Of a stretch of DNA of 64,000 nt, positions 54,874 through 64,000 are shown one piece after another (the first letter of the stretch is position 1; every line of letters begins with the position of its first letter). The notes below the pieces were generated by a model, which saw only the letters and a list, made by a program, of their open reading frames with translations, had not been told where the DNA came from and searched no databases. Source of the stretch: Patescibacteria group bacterium (GTDB taxonomy: Bacteria > Patescibacteriota > WWE3 > UBA101185 > 2-01-FULL-41-18); contig JBBTST010000001.1 in assembly GCA_038064575.1 (NCBI GenBank), positions 35,650-99,649 of the forward strand. Direction: 5' to 3'. Position numbers and translations under genes: made by a program.

Positions 54874-54931
54874 CTTTAGCATCCAAGCATAAGAACTTTA
54901 CTCAGGAGTTTTTTACCTCTCAAACCCGCTC

Positions 54932-55786
54932 TTAGGCGTGAAGTAAAATTCCACCTAGTCTTAATTTAAAGTTATAATTTTTAAGAATGGATGAAACCAA
55001 AGACTCAAGCTCATTTCTGTAACTTGGAGAGCCCGCCATATAAAACTTATCCAAGGCTTTTTCAGGAGCGTCATGCAACTCTTCAAATAATCTTTTTTTA
55101 ATGTAGGGTGAAAGATTTATGTGCTCAATATAAAGCTCTTTTACCCCAACACCACACAGGGAATCAAAAATTTCTCTTAAACTCTCAGGATTTGCTGTAA
55201 AATGAGGCAGAAGAGGCCCAACAAAAGCGTAAGTTTTTATTCCCTCTTCATTTAATTTTTTAAGAGCCTCCAGTCTTTGAGACACACTGGGCGCAAACTT
55301 TTCAAAATAACGGGAAATGGAATCCTTGGTGGAAGTAATTGTCAGCCCTACTTCAACGCTCTTAAGTTTTTTAAAAATATCCATATCCCTCAAAACAAGG
55401 TCTGACTTGGTAAGAATTCCAATACTACCCTCAAACCCTGCATCAAGAAGCACTTCAAGACAGCCTCTGGTTAGTTTGTATTTTGCTTCTAAACCCTGAT
55501 ATGGATCTGTGACCGAGCTTAAAAAGACATTTGTTCCAAAACCTTTATTTTTTAATTTTTTGACTTCAGTTTTCAAAAGTTTGGGCGCGTTAATCTTGGC
55601 ATATACATAATTTCCCCAATCTTTTATATCTTTTCCAACATATCTACCCATAAAACTTGCGTAGCAATACGTACAACCAAACCTACAGCCTGTATAAGGA
55701 TTAATAACAAAATCACAGTCCGGAAGTTTACTTGGGACAAGTATAGATTTAGCCTGAACTTCTTTCACTTCAAAATCAGAAACCAT
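54932..55786 (-). CDS. radical SAM protein (SplB/'DNA repair photolyase'-like, COG1533-type)
   Basis: 'INPYTGCRFGCTYCYA' is a Cx3Cx2C cluster in the N-terminal position typical of this subfamily. Confidence 0.7.
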   Translation of the reverse strand: MVSDFEVKEVQAKSILVPSKLPDCDFVINPYTGCRFGCTYCYASFMGRYVGKDIKDWGNYVYAKINAPKLLKTEVKKLKNKGFGTNVFLSSVTDPYQGLEAKYKLTRGCLEVLLDAGFEGSIGILTKSDLVLRDMDIFKKLKSVEVGLTITSTKDSISRYFEKFAPSVSQRLEALKKLNEEGIKTYAFVGPLLPHFTANPESLREIFDSLCGVGVKELYIEHINLSPYIKKRLFEELHDAPEKALDKFYMAGSPSYRNELESLVSSILKNYNFKLRLGGILLHA

Positions 55787-55867
55787 ATAGCAAATATACC
55801 ATAAACCAAAGTTAACCCGAAGTATAGCTATAACTTTAAAAAAACTTTCCTGCTAGAATTAGGTTGG

Positions 55868-56968
55868 ATGATAAAGATTAAAGTATTGACCCTATTCATT
55901 TTTTTAGTATTTGTATTTTTGGGCTTAAAAGCATTTACCCCAAAGCCTACCACAAAAGCTCCTGAAAAAACCGCTCAACAAATACCAAAAAGTCAAGAAG
56001 TTAAAAATGAACTTCCACTTTTAGAAGACCCTGTTAAACTATTTTATCCACCTAATGGCAGCTTACTCAAAAGTAAGCGTGTAACTTTCTTTGGGAAAAT
56101 TGCACAGAGTAAAGATAAATTCTTACTTAACTACACATTTAAAAAAGAAAAGTTGGCTTATAATGAGGATGATTTTATAGACACCTTTAATTTTATTCCG
56201 GATACTGAGAAAAATTTTATTATCTGGGTTGATGGACAAATAGCAAAAGATGTCCAAACCCTACCTCAATTCCCAAAAGTATACTGCTTTGGGCAGACTG
56301 AAACTTCAAACAAAGAGACATGTCTTAAGGATAAGCAGGAGCATCTGCCTCCGGTACTTTTTTTTGTTACTAGAGAACTACCACCTGGCAAGCATGAGTT
56401 AAAGGTACAGTTTGATAACAAAGAATATAGCAGTAGCTTTAACATTGAGAAAACTATAGATAACAAAAAAGAAGATTCTTTAAAAAAATTGTTGGAAACA
56501 CATAAAAGTGAGGAGTTTGAAACTCCCATTTTTAATGAAGATACTTGTTATAGCGGTTGGTATTTTCCCAAGGATTTTTTACATATACCAATACCAAACA
56601 TAGCCAGTAACGAAGTTTTTTTTAAAGTTTTAATGCCTTCAAGTAAGCAACCAACAACCCAAAAAAACCAGGTATTCCTAAACCTTGGCGGGCAGTTGCA
56701 TGAGCTTAATCTTCCCGTTGAAAATGTGTTCTACTTTAAGACTGAGAGAATAAACCAATATATAGGAGGTTTTAATTACTTTTACCCCCCTCTAAATTCC
56801 CTCTACTACCAAGACGGCACAAATGCCAAACCTATTTATACTGATGTAGACAATGGCTACTACTTCTTTGAAACTTTCTACCTGCTGCCATTTGATTTAT
56901 CTCAAAATTATTACTTTAATTCCTTACTCGAATGGAAAACAATATCCTGGTCTGGCTGTGATGGCTAA
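55868..56968 (+). CDS. hypothetical secreted protein
   Basis: N-terminal TM/signal. Confidence 0.45.
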   Translation: MIKIKVLTLFIFLVFVFLGLKAFTPKPTTKAPEKTAQQIPKSQEVKNELPLLEDPVKLFYPPNGSLLKSKRVTFFGKIAQSKDKFLLNYTFKKEKLAYNEDDFIDTFNFIPDTEKNFIIWVDGQIAKDVQTLPQFPKVYCFGQTETSNKETCLKDKQEHLPPVLFFVTRELPPGKHELKVQFDNKEYSSSFNIEKTIDNKKEDSLKKLLETHKSEEFETPIFNEDTCYSGWYFPKDFLHIPIPNIASNEVFFKVLMPSSKQPTTQKNQVFLNLGGQLHELNLPVENVFYFKTERINQYIGGFNYFYPPLNSLYYQDGTNAKPIYTDVDNGYYFFETFYLLPFDLSQNYYFNSLLEWKTISWSGCDG

Positions 56969-56990
56969 AAGCATCTGCTATAATCAAAAA

Positions 56991-57854
56991 ATGGATCAGC
57001 CAGTAAATCAATCGGAAACTCAGAGTCCGGGCTATGTTGAGGTCCCAAAGCCTTTAGAGTCGCCTCATAAAGATTTTAAACCCTTAATTTACTCACTTAT
57101 ACTCATAACCTCAATTTTCATAATTTATAAGGTGCTTATCTTCAATATAAACCCTGTTCAAAGGGTTGAGATCAAAGAAACACCTATTAAACAGCCAATA
57201 ACTCCAAAAAGACAAGAACCACCTTTGCTTATCCAAAAGGAAATCAACGTTACCGGAGTGTTAAGATATAGTGGTTTAAGCAGCGAGGATGAACAAAGAC
57301 TTGGGTTAGAAGGGGTGGAGTATCAACTCTCAGAGACCTGGGATGAAGATACAAACGGATACTTTCTAATTCCTGCTAGTGGATTTAGTTTCTTGACAGA
57401 GCTATCGGGGAGCGTTGGCAAATGCTTGGCTGTGACTGGAGAAATACCACTGGACTGGGCTACCAAAGATAAAATCGATTATTACTATAGATTGGGCCTT
57501 AATGTGTCAAGCATACAATTAAGAGATTTTTCCCAATGTAACCCTTACCAACATTATGGAAAATCTGAGAATTCTAAAATTGACAAAACATTCACCGGGA
57601 CAATTACTAAAATCAATAGACCTGCTCCTGACATCAATTATGATTATGAAATTAAGCTTGATAATGCGTATCTGGACAATATGAACGCAAGTGGCAGGAG
57701 TCAGGTAGTTACAAGCTTTGTTATTATGCCGTCAACAAACAAAATATGGCAGGAGATTGAAGAAAGCATTGGAAAAGCCGTTAAGATTTCTGGCGCATTC
57801 GAATGGGGCTATGCTGAATCAACTTATTTTAACGTAGCAGAAATCTCATTCTAA
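56991..57854 (+). CDS. hypothetical membrane-anchored protein
   Basis: Start moved to MDQPVNQ to remove a 115-nt out-of-frame overlap. It has a TM ('LIYSLILITSIFIIYKVLIF'). Confidence 0.4.
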   Translation: MDQPVNQSETQSPGYVEVPKPLESPHKDFKPLIYSLILITSIFIIYKVLIFNINPVQRVEIKETPIKQPITPKRQEPPLLIQKEINVTGVLRYSGLSSEDEQRLGLEGVEYQLSETWDEDTNGYFLIPASGFSFLTELSGSVGKCLAVTGEIPLDWATKDKIDYYYRLGLNVSSIQLRDFSQCNPYQHYGKSENSKIDKTFTGTITKINRPAPDINYDYEIKLDNAYLDNMNASGRSQVVTSFVIMPSTNKIWQEIEESIGKAVKISGAFEWGYAESTYFNVAEISF

Positions 57855-57923
57855 ATAAGATTCAAATATAAAGTTGGCTTTTATTAACCCCTTCTTTATT
57901 TTTTAGACTTGTAGTATAACTAT

Positions 57924-58628
57924 ATGACTATGACAAAAAATAAAACCTTAGCAATTATCGTGTTCGCATTATTGATTCTCCTTTCTCTTGGCTTTTACAT
58001 AGTAACCAAAAGCTCTACTAGTAAGGAGTCAATCAAAAAACCCGGCGAGAATGAACTTACAACTCAGCAAGAAGAAACTAAAACAGAAAAACAAGAGATA
58101 AAAGGTTCCCTCTTTGACTTAATTGGCCTTAATAAAACTCTTAAATGCTCCTATTCAAGTGACACCTATAAAATGCGTGGAGAGAGCTATATTTCAGGGA
58201 AAAATGTAAGAACCAATGCCTCAATTGATGTTAACGGGCAAGCTATGGACACCTATATGATAACAGATGGTACATGGTTGTATTCGTGGACATCCGCTTC
58301 AAAGATGGGTACCAAAATGAATTTGGAGGAACTTAAAAAAAGCATGGAAACACCAACCACTACACCAGCTGAAGATGCCATACCAAACGCACAAACGGAA
58401 AAAAACTATGAAGCTTACAAAAATGAATTTAATTACGATTGCAACACTTGGCTAGCAGATAATTCTGTGTTTGCAATCCCTTCTGATATAACTTTCACAG
58501 ATCTTGGCCAGACCCTTAATAATCTGATGCCAAAGAACAGCAATGCAAAAGAGAGCGCATGTAAAGCGTGCGATATGATCAATGATGAGGCATCAAAAAC
58601 TCAGTGCAAAAAGCAATTAGGCTGCTAA
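57924..58628 (+). CDS. hypothetical secreted protein
   Basis: Signal/TM and a Cys-containing C-terminus. Confidence 0.45.
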   Translation: MTMTKNKTLAIIVFALLILLSLGFYIVTKSSTSKESIKKPGENELTTQQEETKTEKQEIKGSLFDLIGLNKTLKCSYSSDTYKMRGESYISGKNVRTNASIDVNGQAMDTYMITDGTWLYSWTSASKMGTKMNLEELKKSMETPTTTPAEDAIPNAQTEKNYEAYKNEFNYDCNTWLADNSVFAIPSDITFTDLGQTLNNLMPKNSNAKESACKACDMINDEASKTQCKKQLGC

Positions 58629-60323
58629 CTGTCTGGAAAGCTCTAACTTACGTTTTTGAAGGTATTCTCTATGCTTGCTCTTTTCTTTCTCAAATAACCC
58701 TTCCTCAAATTTATAATTCTTAATTAAATTTGAAGCAAACTCAGCACCAACAAAATGCGGCATAACAACATAGCTTGTACCAAGTTCATAAAGTTTAAGT
58801 GCCTCATCAACATCATCGCTCAATATAATAATGATTGCCTCTTTGTTTTCTCTTCTAACCCTGTCTACAAGCAAGCAATTAGCTTCAAAATCCGGTATGG
58901 TTGACACAACTAGTTTTGTTTGGGATATATCAAGTTCATCCAAAAATTCTGTGTCTTCAATATCCCCATAAATATTTGGCACACCTTCCTGAGTAGCTCT
59001 TTTGATTGACTCTGGGTCAAAATCTATAACTAAAAACTTTAAATTAAGACTTTTGAATAGCTGTACAAAGTCTCCCCCCACTCTATGATAACCGGCCAGG
59101 ATAGCTTCAAAGTTGTGGGGTGTTTCAAATTTAGCCCTGTTAACCTTTCTAACCTCAAATACTGTTAAATACCTAGACAGTTTTTGATAAATTTTTTCTG
59201 CGTAAAGAATCAGATAAGTAGACCCGGCAATTGTTATTATCCCTATAAAAGTGACTACTGAAAGGGCATCTTTAGAAACGTGTCCTACTTTAAAGCCTAA
59301 TGCCATAAGTATTAATGAAAACTCGCTAATCTGAGCCACGGTAAGACCGCACAAAAATCCAACCCTTTTCTTAAAGCCCAAAATATTCATGAGAAGCAAC
59401 ACAATCAAGGGATTGCCAACCAAAATGAACACAGAAAGGATTATTATGGGTCCCAAATATATTTGCAGGTTTTGAAACACCATCTCTCTACCAAGAAGTA
59501 TAAAAAACAATATTATGAAAAAATCCCTCAGAGGCTTAAGCCGCGAACCAATTTCATAAGAATAAGGAGTCATAGATAGAGAAACACCGGCTACCAGTGC
59601 ACCAATTTCAACTGATAAGCCAAGTTTGTGATACAAAACTCCAATAGTAAGTCCCCAAGCTAAAGAAAAAATAAATAGAAGTTCTTGAGATTTTGCTAAA
59701 AAGGTTCCAAACTTAGGCAGAACTAAGTTTGAAATTGCAAAAATGGTTAATAGGAGTAAAAGTCCCTTAACAAGAGTAAGAGAAACGCTAACAAACAAGC
59801 TTTGTCCGGAAGGTGAAACAGTCAATGTAGAAATGGCAACCAGTAGTAGAGTAGCAATAAGATCCTGAACCAATAGAAAACCAATAGAAATTTTGCCATA
59901 CAGTTTATTAACATCACCTTTATCAGAGAGTAGTTTTAAAATTATTATTGTACTGCTAAAGGTTATAGCTACTGCAATATATACTGATTCTAAAAGTGTA
60001 AAACCCAAATAAGCTACTATAAAAAATCCTATTACTGAGGTAAATACAACCTGACCTATGCCGGTTACTAATGATACAGGACCAACATCTTTAACAACTT
60101 TTGGACTTAAACCCAAGCCAACAATAAATAAAAGCGCCGTAATACCTATCTTTGAAAACAACTCAATCACCTCTGTTGATTTGAGTAAATTCAAAAGATA
60201 AGGTCCAACCAAAACCCCCGTAATAATATAACCTATAATAAAAGGTTGTCTTAACAGCCTCATCACTACAGAAACAACCGCGGCTATTAAAACAATGAGA
60301 CTGATTTCTGTAAAAAGATCCAT
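58617..60323 (-). CDS. CPA2-family cation:proton antiporter with C-terminal RCK/TrkA-N domain
   Basis: 12-13 TM segments, then a Rossmann-like RCK domain. Confidence 0.8.
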   Translation of the reverse strand: MDLFTEISLIVLIAAVVSVVMRLLRQPFIIGYIITGVLVGPYLLNLLKSTEVIELFSKIGITALLFIVGLGLSPKVVKDVGPVSLVTGIGQVVFTSVIGFFIVAYLGFTLLESVYIAVAITFSSTIIILKLLSDKGDVNKLYGKISIGFLLVQDLIATLLLVAISTLTVSPSGQSLFVSVSLTLVKGLLLLLTIFAISNLVLPKFGTFLAKSQELLFIFSLAWGLTIGVLYHKLGLSVEIGALVAGVSLSMTPYSYEIGSRLKPLRDFFIILFFILLGREMVFQNLQIYLGPIIILSVFILVGNPLIVLLLMNILGFKKRVGFLCGLTVAQISEFSLILMALGFKVGHVSKDALSVVTFIGIITIAGSTYLILYAEKIYQKLSRYLTVFEVRKVNRAKFETPHNFEAILAGYHRVGGDFVQLFKSLNLKFLVIDFDPESIKRATQEGVPNIYGDIEDTEFLDELDISQTKLVVSTIPDFEANCLLVDRVRRENKEAIIIILSDDVDEALKLYELGTSYVVMPHFVGAEFASNLIKNYKFEEGLFEKEKSKHREYLQKRKLELSRQLAA

Positions 60324-60339
60324 GTAAAACCTTTAAAAA

Positions 60340-61329
60340 TTACTTTACAAGCACAATTGCGTTTGGCAGAAGTCTCCCAGGGCCCACTTTATATCCTCCA
60401 TCTATATACATAGCTGCCGAGCCTCCCCCATCAAGATTAAGCGCATGTTTAACTCCAAGGGCTCTCATTGCATAAGCTGCATCCAAAACTGTTGCTCTGG
60501 TAATTTGGGCAAGATACACATTACTACCATCAGAACCTATTGCCCCCCTTAACCCCTTCACATTTTTTTGCACTGAGGTCAAATCATTAAGATTAACAAC
60601 AATATTTCCGTCTTTAAGAAGCATTGGGTAATTGGACAACCCTGCGGTAACAGAGGAGTTTTTGTAGGTGCTTGAGTCTTTATAAAACTTTGCGGATGTA
60701 CCACTGAAGGTTGCAAGACCCGTTTTATTCCAGGTCAAAGCTTTTTTGTTCATCCACTTTGTTTTATTGGAATTGTAAAAGGCATAATCATACGAATTGA
60801 TTTTGCTTTTACAGGTGGCATAATCCGGTGGACAGAAGTAACTTCCATTCATAGCAGCATATGCGTTATTTTCTTTAACATACTGCAAAAGAGGCTTTAC
60901 AGGACAGTTACCCTTACAATCATCCTTATTTGCTGCAACAGTTTTAACTCTGACTTTTGACAGAGGCATTTTTATAAGAAAAACACCAAACTTACCCTTT
61001 TCTGTGTTCACATACTGATAACTATAACCTTCCTTAACAGCGACACCAGCAACTGAGGGCACATTGGAAGTCTTTTCAAGCTCCGTTTGCTCCTGAGAAG
61101 TTGAATCTATAACAGGGGCATCACCAGGAATCTGAATGACTTGAGATTTAAGCATATCACTCTCTTCCTCTTTCAATCTTTCCTGGGAAGCATCCAAAAC
61201 AAAAGACTTTCCACTAACACCATTAACTAGATACAAAAATATGGGAAGCAGGAGTATTACAAAAAACAAAATTTTAAATCTCATAACTATTCTACTCAAA
61301 TTATAGAGGCTAACACAAAAAATATGCAA
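60340..61329 (-). CDS. secreted phosphodiester glycosidase-family (NAGPA/DUF2233-like) protein
   Basis: Signal peptide, 'YAAMNGSYF' and 'ALNLDGGGSAAMYIDGG'. Confidence 0.5.
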   Translation of the reverse strand: MHIFCVSLYNLSRIVMRFKILFFVILLLPIFLYLVNGVSGKSFVLDASQERLKEEESDMLKSQVIQIPGDAPVIDSTSQEQTELEKTSNVPSVAGVAVKEGYSYQYVNTEKGKFGVFLIKMPLSKVRVKTVAANKDDCKGNCPVKPLLQYVKENNAYAAMNGSYFCPPDYATCKSKINSYDYAFYNSNKTKWMNKKALTWNKTGLATFSGTSAKFYKDSSTYKNSSVTAGLSNYPMLLKDGNIVVNLNDLTSVQKNVKGLRGAIGSDGSNVYLAQITRATVLDAAYAMRALGVKHALNLDGGGSAAMYIDGGYKVGPGRLLPNAIVLVK

Positions 61330-61359
61330 ACAGTTGGCGCTATATGATAAAATTTCACA

Positions 61360-62127
61360 ATGGCAGCCTCAATAGACCAAAAAGAAGAACTTAAAAATAA
61401 AGCAGTAGAAGAAAGAGAAGCAGGAAATCTCAAAAAAGCGTTAGGGCTGTTTGAAGAGGTATTGAAGGCACATAAAGAAGAGAAAAATTTAAAAGGCCTT
61501 ATTGATGTTTTAGGCCAAATTCGCATAACCTATACAAAACTAGCTGAGGAAGAAAGCGACCCCCTAGAGAAGGCTCATTTACAAAAAGAAGCCCACCGCT
61601 GCGCCCTGGAGGCTGTGGAAATGGCTGAAACCGGAGGAAGGCAGCTTCTGGGACAGCTTCAAATCTCTAAGGTGCACTTAGCAAGCACCATTCTAACTCA
61701 TTCTAAAACCATGGAAATAGAAGAAAAAACAAAAGAGTTGGAAAATGCACTGCTTACATTAAATGAGGCTATTGCAAATCTTCCAGGAAGCAAAGCCCAC
61801 AAAGCTTGGCCACTAAATATTAAGGCTAAAGTTTTGTATGACTTAGATAGGGAAGAAGAAGCATTTTCTATTCTGCTTGAAGCAGAAAAAGCCCTATATG
61901 ACGGTTATGATGATGAAATTAAAAATGCTGATCAGGCTGAGCTTAAGCTAAATATTTGGCTTGCAGGGATTCATTTAACAAGAGCAAACATTTGTGCTTT
62001 GGAAGGAAAACATGTGTTGGCCAAACATTATGCTAGTGCCATACTCGCAATTGATGATCCCAAAAATACACTTGGAGAACGCAAGAAAGAAGCAAAAGCA
62101 ATCTTAGCGCAGCTTTCCTCTCAATAG
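61360..62127 (+). CDS. hypothetical cytoplasmic alpha-helical protein
   Basis: 255 aa with helical repeat character. No recognised motif. Confidence 0.45.
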   Translation: MAASIDQKEELKNKAVEEREAGNLKKALGLFEEVLKAHKEEKNLKGLIDVLGQIRITYTKLAEEESDPLEKAHLQKEAHRCALEAVEMAETGGRQLLGQLQISKVHLASTILTHSKTMEIEEKTKELENALLTLNEAIANLPGSKAHKAWPLNIKAKVLYDLDREEEAFSILLEAEKALYDGYDDEIKNADQAELKLNIWLAGIHLTRANICALEGKHVLAKHYASAILAIDDPKNTLGERKKEAKAILAQLSSQ

Positions 62128-62128
62128 C

Positions 62129-62899
62129 TCATCTTTCTTTTTTGCAAAGCAGCGCCATAAACAAGGGAAACTCAAGCCTTGCCCTATCCTCAATGAAAGC
62201 TTTTGAACCTTGACTCTTCTTATCTGAAAGCCATTCGTCTATTAGCTCTACCACAAAACCATTATCTTTTAAAAGCCTTAAATAAGAACTTAAGGGTAAG
62301 TGATAAGACCAGGTTATTTCCGACTTTTCTTTTTTACCCGGATGAATTGCCACTGGAATTTTTAAGGGTGTCATGTATCTGTTTATTCTTCTATATTGCA
62401 CTTTATTTTTTTCATCAAAGCCCCAAAGGCTTTGCCTTGGTATTCTAAAGCAGGGGTGGTTTAATACTATTAATAACTTTCCGTCTTTTTTCAAGTGTCT
62501 TGCAGCATTTGCCAAAACAACCGATGGGTTTTGCATGTTTTGGAGGCAAAGCAGCAAAACAGCATGTGTAAAATCCTTTGAGTTTAAACTCACTTGTTTA
62601 GTAAGATCAGAAACTGCAAAGGAGACATTGCTACTGAACGACCTAGCTTTTTCAACCAGTTTATGTGAAACATCAACTCCTAAATATCTTGCCCCTGGCG
62701 GAATATGATTTGAAAAAAAACCCTGGCCACACCCAAGATCTAGAATTGAAGAGGTTGAATCCATGTTCAATAGCTTCAAAGCCTTTGGAACAATCACATT
62801 CTGATGGTAATAATGACCCTCTTTACTAACTATTTTTGAATACCAGTTACTAACATTATCCCAAGATGTCTCCTTTTTTTCAGCTGCTTTAGCTTTCAT
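62129..62899 (-). CDS. class I SAM-dependent methyltransferase
   Basis: 'ILDLGCGQGFFSNH' (motif I), acidic residue at 'YLGVDVS' and 'LLIVLNHP'. Confidence 0.7.
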   Translation of the reverse strand: MKAKAAEKKETSWDNVSNWYSKIVSKEGHYYHQNVIVPKALKLLNMDSTSSILDLGCGQGFFSNHIPPGARYLGVDVSHKLVEKARSFSSNVSFAVSDLTKQVSLNSKDFTHAVLLLCLQNMQNPSVVLANAARHLKKDGKLLIVLNHPCFRIPRQSLWGFDEKNKVQYRRINRYMTPLKIPVAIHPGKKEKSEITWSYHLPLSSYLRLLKDNGFVVELIDEWLSDKKSQGSKAFIEDRARLEFPLFMALLCKKER

Positions 62900-62934
62900 T
62901 TCTTAATTATCCCAAAATAAGCTAGACTTGGGAA

Positions 62935-64000
62935 ATGAAGCTTGGCTTCGGCGCAAATACTAAAAAACTACTTATCATTTATGCATTTTATGTTATTGGA
63001 ATAACCTTAATACCCTTTTTACTTGGCTCTGTTGGGTTGATGAGCACACCAATTAGAACTTTTAAGGAACTCTTCTTTGCAGTTTGGGGATATGGCTGGG
63101 ATGGGATGCACTATATAGAAATTGCCCAGCGCGGCTACAAATTTCCAAATCAGGCTTTTTTTCCTCTTTACCCTCTGCTTTTAAAAACTTTAAACTTTAT
63201 CCTACCCCTAACTTTAAGTTATAGAGTTAATTTGCTGCTGCTACCGGCATTCTTGTTCTGCTCAATAAAGCTTATGGACCAATATTCCTTTGATTACAAA
63301 CAAAAATTAAAGGCCGTAATTGTGTTTTTACTGTTTCCTTCGTCATTTATACTTCAGTCAAACTACACTGAAACTCTTTTTATACTCCTTTCTATACTCA
63401 CGTTTCTATTTCTCTTTAAAGAAAAATTTCTTTATGCGTCCTTATTTTCAGCTTTGGCAACAGCAACCAGGTTTAATGGTATTATTCTTTCTTTGATTAT
63501 TGTCTATTCCTTTACCAAACATCATAGAGCTCAACTCAAAAGAGTGACAACATTCTTTAAAACATTACTTCTTTTTAGTATCTCAAACCTTGGGTTAATC
63601 ATTTACCTTTTATATTTAAATACTTTTCAAAAAACGTATACAGTTTTATTTAGGGCTCAGGGAGAATGGGGAAGATCCCAAAACATTCTTCAAAACATGG
63701 TTAGTGTACCTCTAAAGTTAATTCCGGACACAATTAACTCAGCAAGGCACCTTGACCCTTGGTTCACGCGGGAGTTAATTCAAAACTCCATTTTTATTTT
63801 AGCCCTAATTCTCTTGGTGGTCTCTTTTAAAAAACTTAAAACTGAACTTTATTTATTTTCACTAGCCCAGGTACTTTTACCTTTAGCAACGGGGACGCTT
63901 ATCAGTTTCCCAAGGTTATTTTTACTTGCCTTTCCTTTGATTTTTTATGGAAGCAAATTTTTGATAAAGGAGGAGTTTTTTTATGCTTATGCCTTCTTAT
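62935..64000 (+). CDS. GT-C mannosyltransferase, PIG-V/GPI-mannosyltransferase-2-like (3'-partial, runs off window)
   Basis: The frame is open from ATG 62935 to the window end, with a TAG just upstream. 'GWDGMHYIEIAQRGY...QAFFPLYPLL' matches the PIG-V family signature. It is polytopic. Confidence 0.55.
   Translation, partial: MKLGFGANTKKLLIIYAFYVIGITLIPFLLGSVGLMSTPIRTFKELFFAVWGYGWDGMHYIEIAQRGYKFPNQAFFPLYPLLLKTLNFILPLTLSYRVNLLLLPAFLFCSIKLMDQYSFDYKQKLKAVIVFLLFPSSFILQSNYTETLFILLSILTFLFLFKEKFLYASLFSALATATRFNGIILSLIIVYSFTKHHRAQLKRVTTFFKTLLLFSISNLGLIIYLLYLNTFQKTYTVLFRAQGEWGRSQNILQNMVSVPLKLIPDTINSARHLDPWFTRELIQNSIFILALILLVVSFKKLKTELYLFSLAQVLLPLATGTLISFPRLFLLAFPLIFYGSKFLIKEEFFYAYAFL

Noticed and set aside
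1-64000. Search for CRISPR arrays, IS elements, integrases or prophage blocks.
   Set aside because: No regularly spaced direct repeats and no transposase, integrase, terminase or capsid-like ORFs are present in any frame. The tRNA-flanking regions lack integrases.

Overview
This is an AT-rich (~35% GC) bacterial chromosomal window with dense gene packing, many small secreted or membrane hypothetical proteins, a class-E-like sortase and type IV pilin. The gene content resembles a reduced Gram-positive-like or CPR-type genome, but that is an inference from content only. About 65 protein genes and two tRNAs (Glu-CTC on the minus strand, Gln-CTG on the plus strand) can be supported. No CRISPR array, transposase or integrase was found.

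Left end: a minus-strand operon of greA (canonical), a second greA-like paralog with an altered catalytic tip, a 454-aa unknown protein, lysS and an HD hydrolase.

5.7-17.9 kb: a co-directional glycan-biosynthesis island of four abutting/overlapping genes plus a hydrolase gene 21 nt downstream (1554-aa GT2+GT2+flippase+GT4 fusion, kinase-like gene, 1215-aa GT2+GT4+GT-C fusion, 546-aa GT-C-like gene, clan GH-A-like hydrolase). I consider it the best candidate here for an undescribed system.

18-22 kb: a sortase substrate with an LAATG sorting signal, the sortase, a type IV pilin, and a CcdA/DsbD-thioredoxin fusion next to a thioredoxin.

22-30 kb: a spermidine-synthase-like membrane fusion, an FkbM methyltransferase, a DKNYY-repeat protein, a truncated and frameshifted yvcK remnant, an anomalously GC-rich 50-codon ORF, VanW and an NYN-domain protein.

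30-33 kb: ApbE flanked by a ferric-reductase-like heme membrane protein and thrombospondin-type-3 repeat proteins.

34-64 kb:
- 34-38 kb: an MFS transporter behind a structured leader, and a Met-rich multicopper oxidase.
- 38-47 kb: a RecD-like helicase, two NUDIX hydrolases, an ABC-F ATPase, a DMT transporter, a cupredoxin, an S9-type hydrolase and a DEAD-box helicase.
- 49-54 kb: a zupT-csoR-cupredoxin-like-copA metal cluster next to a second ferric-reductase-like protein.
- 55-58 kb: a radical SAM SplB-like enzyme and three consecutive genes for signal-peptide or membrane-anchored proteins of unknown function.
- 58-64 kb: a CPA2 antiporter, then a phosphodiester-glycosidase-like protein, a SAM methyltransferase and a partial PIG-V-like GT-C mannosyltransferase.

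All calls rest on motif reading of the supplied translations. No database searches were run.
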